This document shows positions 9,185 through 17,400 of a DNA stretch of 55,001 nt, piece by piece (the stretch's first letter is position 1; each line of letters starts with the position of its first letter). The DNA lies in assembly GCA_002269645.1 (NCBI GenBank), contig NIVC01004210.1, positions 1 to 55,001 on the forward strand, in the 5' to 3' direction. The notes under the pieces were generated by a model that did not search any database, was not told where the DNA came from, and was given only the letters and a program-made list of their open reading frames with translations. The position numbers and the translations under genes are program-made. Origin of the DNA: Macrostomum lignano. Its lineage: Eukaryota.

Positions 9185-10468
9185 CTAGGATGGAAAATCT
9201 AGCAGAATCTCCCTGTGCTTCGTGACCTCAATCAGTGAGTCATACAGGCACATAACAATCAGAGATACAGGCTCCTCCAGGGCCTGTCGGAAGCGAATCT
9301 CCAGCCGCAAATTGCCCTCCTTCTGTCCGTACCACAGGGCCGCTCCCTCAGGCGTGAGATCGAATGCGAAAGCTGTGTTGCCGTTGGAGAACAACTGGTA
9401 GGGGACCCACGGAACCGAGTTGGTAGGGCTGGCTGACTGACAGCTTTTCAGGTAGTGCAAGTACTCTCTCACGAATGAATTATTCTCAGGTGCAAATGCA
9501 GCGTGGCACATGGCTTCACCACCTTTCTTTAGTGCTAGCTGGCTGAGGTTGAAGCTCTGGAACTCGAAGGGGCTGGAATGGTGATGGCCATTGAAGGCTC
9601 GGTGGTTCACGAAGACCAGCATAACGAACTTCGGCAGTTTGCCATGGGTGAATCCTTCAATGTTTTTTGACTGAATTCCCTGTGGTAGAATGAAGTTTTG
9701 CATTTCGGTTCGCTCGATGGGGTAAAGTGCGTTCTGATTGGTCAGTCCCTGCTCATGCGCCAGGCTGATGTGAGGCGCCACTTTGACTCGGCGCAGGTTC
9801 AGAATGCAGTGGGAGATTTCCATTCGGTAGGCTGTGTTGTTCTCATCTGGGGTTCGGATGGCGAATGCAGTATCGCTGGGCATCAGCTTGATGTGCAGGT
9901 GTAAATTGTTCAGCAGCAGAACAGGACACTGGAAAATGTCGCTGAGCAGTGGTCCCGCATACTCCACCCAGCGGGACTCCCTGTGTCTCTCGGCATGCCC
10001 CTCAGCAGCAGTTTCGGGTTCCAGGAATCCGGCGGGGTAGAACTTTAACTGCTGAGCATCGGATGAGCTCATGAGAGCTTTTAGGTAGGCATGGTAGGGG
10101 TAGAGCTGGTCTCCACCTGATACAATGCGCTGGTTGATGCTCACGATTACATCTGAGAATGCCGTAGACAGGACAAAGTTTTCTGGGTGCACCCCACTGT
10201 CTCTGCGCTCAGTGACAACTCCATCGGCATTTCGAACCTCCTCCCTCATCAAAGCCCCGCCAAGCCGGACTAGGCGACAGCGAATATACAGGAATGAGCT
10301 CAGCAGATCAGTGTACTCATCAGCCGATGGATGACAGTCGAATTCAATAGGTGAGTTAGTAGCAATAGAGTTCACGGGGTGAATATCAACATATGTGGAT
10401 TTTTCAATGGCAGTCTGCAGCACGGGGGACTTGAACAAATCGAGTCTCGGGTTGAATCCGTAAGCCAT
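9185..10468 (-). CDS. Double-jelly-roll major capsid protein (hexon-like, Polinton PY)
   Basis: LDLFKSP..QTAIE..YVDIHP...PIEF, GPLLSDIFQ..LLLNN, LPKFVMLVFV..AFNG..SPFEF, FAFDLTP, GNLRLEIRF motifs. Intact, 427 aa. Confidence 0.93.
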   Translation of the reverse strand: MAYGFNPRLDLFKSPVLQTAIEKSTYVDIHPVNSIATNSPIEFDCHPSADEYTDLLSSFLYIRCRLVRLGGALMREEVRNADGVVTERRDSGVHPENFVLSTAFSDVIVSINQRIVSGGDQLYPYHAYLKALMSSSDAQQLKFYPAGFLEPETAAEGHAERHRESRWVEYAGPLLSDIFQCPVLLLNNLHLHIKLMPSDTAFAIRTPDENNTAYRMEISHCILNLRRVKVAPHISLAHEQGLTNQNALYPIERTEMQNFILPQGIQSKNIEGFTHGKLPKFVMLVFVNHRAFNGHHHSSPFEFQSFNLSQLALKKGGEAMCHAAFAPENNSFVREYLHYLKSCQSASPTNSVPWVPYQLFSNGNTAFAFDLTPEGAALWYGQKEGNLRLEIRFRQALEEPVSLIVMCLYDSLIEVTKHREILLDFPS

Positions 10469-10470
10469 TG

Positions 10471-10881
10471 CTATGAGAGCGAGTCCAGAACACGTTTAAC
10501 AGTCTTTTTGCTCACTTTTTGCTTTCCTTTGCCTGTTTTCTTGCTTTGAGTTTTAGACCTCCCTTTCTTAGGTTTATTTCGCCCTGACTGGCTTCTTTTC
10601 GGTGATTTCTCCGTCTTACTCTTTTTCTTCTTTTTTGTCTGCTTCTTACTGCCCTGTTTGACTAGTCGCTGCTTTGGTCTGTTTCTATTGCTTCTGCTGT
10701 TGCTGCTGCTACCGCTGGCGGTGGTATGCCCTGGCTTTGATAGCGATATTGACTTTGTGGAAGCTTCTGGAGGAGGCTGGTAAGTCATGATTCCTGGAAA
10801 ACTCCCACAGCCATAGAGCGCCGGCTTTTGGCTTCCTGCCAGAGTCCCTGAATACTGACGAATCAGCTGTTGGTAGTTCAT
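10471..10881 (-). CDS. Lys/Arg/Ser-rich basic protein, probable virion core (DNA-condensing) protein
   Basis: Located between penton and MCP; strongly basic C-terminal half; LYGCG fits the adenain (M/L/I)xGx|G consensus. Function inferred. Confidence 0.65.
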   Translation of the reverse strand: MNYQQLIRQYSGTLAGSQKPALYGCGSFPGIMTYQPPPEASTKSISLSKPGHTTASGSSSNSRSNRNRPKQRLVKQGSKKQTKKKKKSKTEKSPKRSQSGRNKPKKGRSKTQSKKTGKGKQKVSKKTVKRVLDSLS

Positions 10882-11687
10882 TGTATTAGCCTTTCCCGAA
10901 TATGAACTGTGAGCAGAACAGGGCTGCTGCTCCGAGCAGTCAGTGAGTAGCCAAAGATGTCACGCAGTTGAAATCTAATGCCATGTAGAAAATTAGCTTT
11001 CTGAATCGGGAAGAATATTGCTTTCTTAAACACTTTGCTCATGTAGCTGCCCCATTCGACATCGGATGACATGCTCACAGTTCGCAGCACGGAGTTCCAG
11101 TTACAGTTTGTTCGCTCCACAATGCTGCAGTGCAAGTTGATCAGGTTGGTGGGCGGACAACCGATGCAGCAGAGTGACACTTGCCGTCCGGGTGGGATCT
11201 TCACAGGCTGGTTTCCGAATCCCAGCCACTGCAGAATTTTACTTGATGGAAGGAACAATTCTGCTCGAGCCGTGTTGTTGAGCACTACCGTTCTCAACTC
11301 TTGGATTTCAAACTTTATGCCAATATCTCTAGCGCTGCTTCGCCCCATTAAACCGGACTCATCAGCTTCCATTTCAGACTCCCTTTCGCTCATTGCATCG
11401 AAGAACAGTGACTCAGAGTTGGCCAGCAGCTCATTCATGCGCTCAACCAGTTCCTCCACTCTAGCAAAGCGTCCGGGTTGAAGAACCAGGGCCTCATGCT
11501 CTCTTCCATCTGAGACAGTGAAGCAGTAAGGCTCGTCAACATTGAACCATGCAGCAGGCAGATGGATTTCAGCCAGACCTGCCTCATAGTCCACATTTCG
11601 ATCCAAGTAAATAGGTGAAGGCAGGTGAAAATGAAAGTCACTAGGAGTACCTTCAGCATTTTCGCTACAAATGATGATGCTTCTCAT
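10878..11687 (-). CDS. Penton / minor capsid protein (single jelly roll)
   Basis: GTPSDFHFHLPSPIYL..YEAGLAEIHLP..WFNV and NLINLHCSIVE...VLRTV..FFPI..IRFQLRD..G motifs. The first ATG is at 11687; the stop overlaps the next ATG (ATGA). Confidence 0.88.
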   Translation of the reverse strand: MRSIIICSENAEGTPSDFHFHLPSPIYLDRNVDYEAGLAEIHLPAAWFNVDEPYCFTVSDGREHEALVLQPGRFARVEELVERMNELLANSESLFFDAMSERESEMEADESGLMGRSSARDIGIKFEIQELRTVVLNNTARAELFLPSSKILQWLGFGNQPVKIPPGRQVSLCCIGCPPTNLINLHCSIVERTNCNWNSVLRTVSMSSDVEWGSYMSKVFKKAIFFPIQKANFLHGIRFQLRDIFGYSLTARSSSPVLLTVHIRERLIQ

Positions 11688-11717
11688 AGTTGGGAATGGC
11701 TGCACAATGTCGGTATC

Positions 11718-12785
11718 TTACACTTTTCTTAAGTCCTTCTCATCCACCCAGTCAGTGGACTTGTAGCCGGCCCACTTGACGAGATATCGGATCTTTCCCT
11801 TCCGCTTCTCAGTCTTCAGAACCTTCTCGATTACATACAGCCGCTGCGAGTCCGGAACAGCTTGCAGCTCATGCTCATGGAAGAGGCCTCTAATGTCTTC
11901 CCCCTTCATGTCTCGAATCCTGTACATGTAGGGATAATGCTTTGGTGCCCTAAACACTATGGTGTACACCTCCTCGCTCCAGTTCGCCTTGTATCCCTTC
12001 CTGAAGAGTCTGGGTGCATTGGAAATCCGCACTGATTGGTTTTCACAGAACTTCGGTTTTCTCAGTTTCTCAACTGTCTCAATCGCTTTCCCATCATAAA
12101 GGTTCATCCACACTTCAGTCTCGTTTGCTTTGCTGACATTCATTGGTGTAGTCTTGATGCTTCTGTGGAAAGTATTGTTATAGGACTTGACCAGTTTAGG
12201 CAGCACATCAAGCCATTGTAGAGTGCTGTTGTGAGTAAAGTAACGCCACATCTTGCTTTTTAAAGTTCGATTCCATCTTTCAATTATGGCTGCTTTGTGC
12301 TCACTGCTAGTTGGAAACGCCAGAATCCCCCGGTCTATGCAGAACTGGCGAAAAATTGCGTTGACAAACTCCTTTCCCTGATCTGTGCGGACAGTGCGCG
12401 GCTGCCGCTTTGAGCTCTTCAGCATGCTCTCAAACGCAGATTTCACTTCTGCCGCGCTCTTAGACTTCAGTGCTCGGGCCATTGCAAATTTAGACAAAAC
12501 ATCAATGCAGGTGAGAATGTATTTATGCCCGCGATTATACTTTGCAAACGGAATCATTTCCACCAGATCCATCTCCCACTGATCATCAATGGCCCTCACT
12601 ATTATTGGCGCCCTTGGAAATCGTACTCTAGCTGGCTTATGCAGAGTGTGTACTGGCTGCTGACTTAGCCACTTCTCAATGCTCTTGACTCCAATATGCT
12701 CGCCTCTTTTTCGCAGTTCACGTTGCAGTTTTGAAGAACTGCAATAGCTCGCAGGCTGATTTGGGTTGAAATAAATTTTTTCCAT
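11718..12785 (-). CDS. Retroviral-type (rve) integrase with C-terminal chromodomain
   Basis: YFNP..PASY, TLHKP, WEMDL / RTDQGKEF / IIERWNRTLK (D-D-E triad intact); chromodomain YVIEKVL..YLVKWAGY..DW. The likely start is MEKIY at 12785. Confidence 0.95.
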   Translation of the reverse strand: MEKIYFNPNQPASYCSSSKLQRELRKRGEHIGVKSIEKWLSQQPVHTLHKPARVRFPRAPIIVRAIDDQWEMDLVEMIPFAKYNRGHKYILTCIDVLSKFAMARALKSKSAAEVKSAFESMLKSSKRQPRTVRTDQGKEFVNAIFRQFCIDRGILAFPTSSEHKAAIIERWNRTLKSKMWRYFTHNSTLQWLDVLPKLVKSYNNTFHRSIKTTPMNVSKANETEVWMNLYDGKAIETVEKLRKPKFCENQSVRISNAPRLFRKGYKANWSEEVYTIVFRAPKHYPYMYRIRDMKGEDIRGLFHEHELQAVPDSQRLYVIEKVLKTEKRKGKIRYLVKWAGYKSTDWVDEKDLRKV

Positions 12786-12955
12786 TTTCGGAAACAAAGA
12801 AGCATTTTTATTTTTAGGTTTTCTTAAGACATTGAAAATGTATAGCGCATGTGAAAGCAAGCATATATTTTTTATTTTCAAACAAAGAGATGGAAAGCAG
12901 GTCTGGATAAAAAGCTCGTGGCACAGAGTTTGTCTTAATGTCAGAGGGTCTGCAA

Positions 12956-13723
12956 TCAGTCGAAGCACGGCCTGGGCAGCTTCATGGCATCCAATCTGCG
13001 CAGAGCGAACGGCGGCTGCTTGCGTTTCCTGGCGTTCTCAGCGGCGGCTGCTTCAGCTCGGAACTGGTACCAGACTGGGTCCTCTTGCAGATCAGTGTCC
13101 TGCCGAGGAATCGCTCCAGCTGCTGGCTTGGTCAGTTGCAGAGGCGTTGAAGTGGCAAACGCTGTGTCGATTTGCAGATTGGATGGCATGCCAGCCACAT
13201 CGCCAGCAGCAGCAGGAGCATCGTCCTCCGCCTTCACTACCGGCTTGGTCTCTTCCGCGTTTTCGCCAGCACCGTCTTCATTTTCGATGCTGTTGGAGGA
13301 AGATCCCGACTCCAGCTCGTATACATCGGAAATCTCACGTGGAGCCGATAGCTGCTCGTCGATCCAATCCGCGTACTGCCACAGCTTTCGCCACAGCGGC
13401 GGTGTCAGCGGCACGGTGTTCCGCTTAAGAAACTCGTCGCAGCAGTCCTCCGGCAATCGCTTTAACCAGATAATGCCGTTTTTCACTTCGATGAACTTAT
13501 CGAAGCCGAGTTTGACAACCTTTGGCTGTTTGTCCAAGGCCGCCTTGACAAGCGATCGCTTCAACTCCTTGAGCTTCTCCCACTGACGGATGTTCAAATT
13601 GAAGCCGGGGACTCCAGGTTTCAAACTCGCAGTGCTGCCATGTCGGTAAAATTTTCTGATAGCAATGAACATAACTCCTTCATACTCCTGTATTTGGAGT
13701 TTATATCCTTCGCCGATGTCCAT
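12956..13723 (-). CDS. Protein with two tandem PC4/Sub1-like ssDNA-binding domains and an acidic tail
   Basis: DIGEGYKLQIQEYEGVMFIAIRKFY...KPGVPGFNLNIRQWEKLKE aligns to PC4 ([43 protein letters not shown]). A degenerate second copy follows: KLGFDKFIEV..IIWLKR..VPLTPPLWRKL. Confidence 0.82.
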   Translation of the reverse strand: MDIGEGYKLQIQEYEGVMFIAIRKFYRHGSTASLKPGVPGFNLNIRQWEKLKELKRSLVKAALDKQPKVVKLGFDKFIEVKNGIIWLKRLPEDCCDEFLKRNTVPLTPPLWRKLWQYADWIDEQLSAPREISDVYELESGSSSNSIENEDGAGENAEETKPVVKAEDDAPAAAGDVAGMPSNLQIDTAFATSTPLQLTKPAAGAIPRQDTDLQEDPVWYQFRAEAAAAENARKRKQPPFALRRLDAMKLPRPCFD

Positions 13724-13800
13724 GACTTAAAATCTAACAGAATAAACTATCTCGTCGAAAAAAAATCGTTTTTTCATGAATCAAAGAGATTTTTTGGTCC

Positions 13801-13807
13801 TTATATA
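13801..13807 (-). promoter_or_regulatory. TATATAA box upstream of the - strand viral cassette
   Basis: ttatata on the + strand, ~78 nt upstream of the PC4-like ATG. Motif match only. Confidence 0.4.
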
Positions 13808-14006
13808 GACTAAACCACTGCAGCAGACATACAGCAATAGAAAAACATAGGCCTATGTTCTCTCACTAAGGCCCCATGGAATTTCCATGGCTTTCCCTGC
13901 GGCAGAGTCCACCAATGCATTTACATAGGCGCTATGTTTACACACTACAGGCCCGTGGTTTTCCCACGGAAATTCCTGCGGCAGAGTCCACATTTCCCCT
14001 ACTACT

Positions 14007-14220
14007 GAGAGAGGAGAGGAGAGAAGAGAGGAGAGGAGAGGGGAGGAGAGAGGACAGGAGAGAGGAGGACAGAGAGGTGAGGGGGAGAGAGGAGATATGA
14101 GAGAGGCGGAATGAGAGATGAGAGATGAGAGAGAAAGCCAGAGATGAGAGGAGAGAGGAGAGAGGGGAGAGTGAAGATTAGAAAGGAGAGGAGATTAGGA
14201 AAAAGCTGAGAAGAGACAAG
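14007..14220. repeat. GA-rich simple repeat flanking the Polinton right terminus
   Basis: Directly visible. Confidence 0.9.
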
Positions 14221-14437
14221 CCTAGAGCGAGCCGGATTGCCATTGTAAAGTTTCAAAGGACCCGAGGGCCAGATGGAGAGGCTTTGCGGGCCGGAGTTTG
14301 CCCTAGAGTATGCTCTAGAGCATACTGAATTGACTAGTAATGCGAAAAAAATTCTAAAAAACTCTAATACAGCGCCCTTCCACTGCAGTCTCCCATTTTT
14401 CCATTTCAATCATCTCCTTCACGTTTCCCTCGTCGAG

Positions 14438-17400
14438 GTGGAGCGGCTGGTCCCCCTGTCAGGCGTTGAGGAGGTCACCGCATTCGAGAACGTGTTCTGG
14501 ACGCGAACGCAGAAGAATTTCACGGACGGTCACATCTGGCTGTCGGTGGTCACCAGGCCTCCAAGGTCCCGATTCACCAGGGTTCAGCGAGCGACCGCCT
14601 GCCTGACGCTGCTGATGTCCACCATGATGGTCAATTTGATGTTCTACGGCCAGGCCGAGCGCGTTGAAAGTCCCAAGCTGGTCGAGCTGGGCCCGGTGAA
14701 ATTCACCCTGCACAGCATCTACATTGCCACGGTATCGTCGCTGATTATTGTGCCGATCAACCTGCTCATTGTGCTGCTGTACAGCAAACGACGGAACCGT
14801 ACAAAGCGGACCAACTCGTCCGTGGTGAAGCCCTGGTCTCCTGAATCTGCTGCGAGAGACAAAGATTCTAATAGAATTCAAGAGGATATAGCTGGTGACC
14901 ATGGCGATGGGGATGAATCTGTCGTTGTAGAGACTACTCAGGATAGTCCAGTCGCGGCACCTGAGAAAGAGACGCTCAGTAAGCATGCTTGTAAATCGTA
15001 ATACAGAATTTAAACAGCCATGAGACTCACTCCAGCACAATATCACGCTCTAAACACCCATGAGACTCACTCCAGCACAATATCACGCTCTAAACACCCA
15101 CGAGACTCACTACAGCACAATATCACGCTCTAAACACCCATGAGACTCACTCCAGCACAATATCACGCTCTAAACACCCACAAGACTCACTCCAGCACAA
15201 TATCACGCTCTAAACACCCACGAGACTCACTCCAGCACAATATCACGCTCTAAACACCCACGAGACTCACTCCAGCACAATATCACGCTCTAAACACCCA
15301 CGAGACTCACTCCAGCACAATATCACGCTCTAAACACCCATGAGACTCACTCCAGAACAATATCACGCTCTAAGCACCCACGAGACTCACTCCAGCACAA
15401 TATCACGCTCTAAACACCCACGAGACTCACTCCAGCACAATATCACGCTCTAAACACCCATGAGACTCACTCCAGCACAATATCACGCTCTAAACACCCA
15501 CGAGACTCACTCCAGCACAATATCACGCTCTAAACACCCACGAGACTCACTCCAGCACAATATCACGCTCTAAACACCCACGAGACTCACTCCAGCACAA
15601 TATTACGCTCTAAACACCCATGAGGCTCACTCCAGCACAATATCACGCTCTAAACACCCACAAGACTCACTCCAGCACAATATCACGCTCTAAACACCCA
15701 CGAGACTCACTACAGAACAATATCACGCTCTAAACACCCATGAGACTCACTCCAGCACAATATCACGCTCTAAACACCCACGAGACTCACTCCAGCACAA
15801 TATCACGCTCTAAACACCCACGAGACTCACTCCAGAACAATATCACGCTCTAAACACCCATGAGACTCACTCCAGAACAATATCACGCTCTAAACACCCA
15901 TGAGACTCACTCCAGCACAATATCACGCTCTAAACACCCACGAGACGCACTCCAGCACAATATCACGCTCTAAACACCCACGAGACTCACTCCAGTACAA
16001 TATCACGCTCTAAACACCCACGAGACTCCGGCTTCACGCACTGAGTCTGAACATTTAAACCTAACATAGCAACCCAATTCTCATCCCCACAGAAGGCCGT
16101 CTTCGCAGTTTTGCCCGCCTATTTTTTCCGCTGCCCTGGTGGTCGCACATTGTTGCGCACTGCCTGGCCGCTGCCTCGGTGCTGGCCTCGATCTACCTCA
16201 TGGTGGAGTTCGCCGGGGTGCTCGGTGAACAGAAGACGGCAGAGTGGCTGGCCGCCATGACCGTCGGCCTACTGCAGTCAATCCTGCTGGTGCAGCCCAT
16301 CAAGATCGTCATTGTGGCTCTGTTCTACGCCGTTGTGGTGAAGAAGCCCGAAGAGGACGAAGACGAGATGGCCAAAGCGTTGCTGACTTCCGGCATGCCG
16401 CCGATGCACAAAGCCCTGACTCTGCGCGACCTGTCCGACCCGGAGAAGCTGGCCGAGCTGGCCAAGAGGAAGAGGGCGAGCCGGCCGCCGCCGGACCTGT
16501 GCTCGCTGGCTGCTCTGCGGGAGAAGCGGTGGGTTGCTCATGGTTTGGAGATAATTGGGGTGGAGATTTAAGTGTTGCTAGTGAGTGGTATCCAGTGCTC
16601 AATGGTGAGTGGTATCCAGTGCTCAATGGTGAGTGGTATCCAGTGCTCAATGGTGAGTGGTATCCAGTGCTCAATGGTGAGTGGTATCCAGTGCTCAATG
16701 GTGAGTGGTATCCAGTGCTCAATGGTGAGTGGTATCCAGTGCTCAATGGTGAGTGGTATCCAGTGCTCAATGGTGAGTGGTATCCAGTGCTCAATGGTGA
16801 GTGGTATCCAGTGCTCAATGGTGAGTGGTATCCAGTGCTCAATGGTGAGTGGTATCCAGTGCTCAATGGTGAGTGGTATCCAGTGCTCAATGGTGAGTGG
16901 TTTCTGCAGTAATCAAACCAAATAATAAAAATACGCAATGCTCAAATCCATTTGTCAACAGCGAGCGGGAACTGAAGATGCAGGACATTATCAAGGACAT
17001 CCTGTTCTACATCCTGTTTCTCATCCTGCTGATGGTGACGGCCTACAGTCACCAGGACTACCGGAATCACATGCAGAATCAGCTAGTCAAGCGGATGATG
17101 TCTACCGGGCCGCTGACGCTGTCATCTCGCGCCAATGGTAGCGCCTGGATCCGCGCCAATCCAACGCTGTGGCGCGCCGATCGACGCTCGATGGTGCTGG
17201 ATGCCCTGCAGCAGCACCTGGTGCCGCAGCTCTACCCGCGGCTGGCAGAGGCCGATCCTCGAGCTGCCGGCCAAGTGGAGACCGAGGCCGGGCGCACCTG
17301 GACCAGCGACGCGAACCTGCTGCTGGCGCGCAGTCTGCAGCTCCGGCAGTTGCGCGCCGCGCCAACCAGCATCTGCCGGGTGTCCGCCTACTTCGTCGAT

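Larger units (their letters stand above)
1257..14006. mobile_element. Polinton/Maverick (adintovirus-like) endogenous dsDNA virus; left boundary unresolved and may extend left of this coordinate
   Basis: Co-located pPolB, rve integrase, DJR major capsid, penton, A32-like ATPase and adenain-like protease form the canonical Polinton gene set. ACTACT at 14001-14006 matches the reverse complement of the typical AGTAGT terminus, and viral-type sequence changes abruptly to GA simple repeat there. Confidence 0.95.

Noticed and set aside
12786-12968. N-terminal 61-aa extension of the integrase ORF
   Set aside because: Non-ATG start in an AT-rich intergenic region containing polyA-like signals; homology begins at MEKIYFNP.
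7242-13586. Multiple + strand ORFs antisense to the viral cassette (e.g. 7242-7550, 11071-11481, 12832-13428, 12984-13586)
   Set aside because: Shadow frames of real - strand genes, with no motifs.
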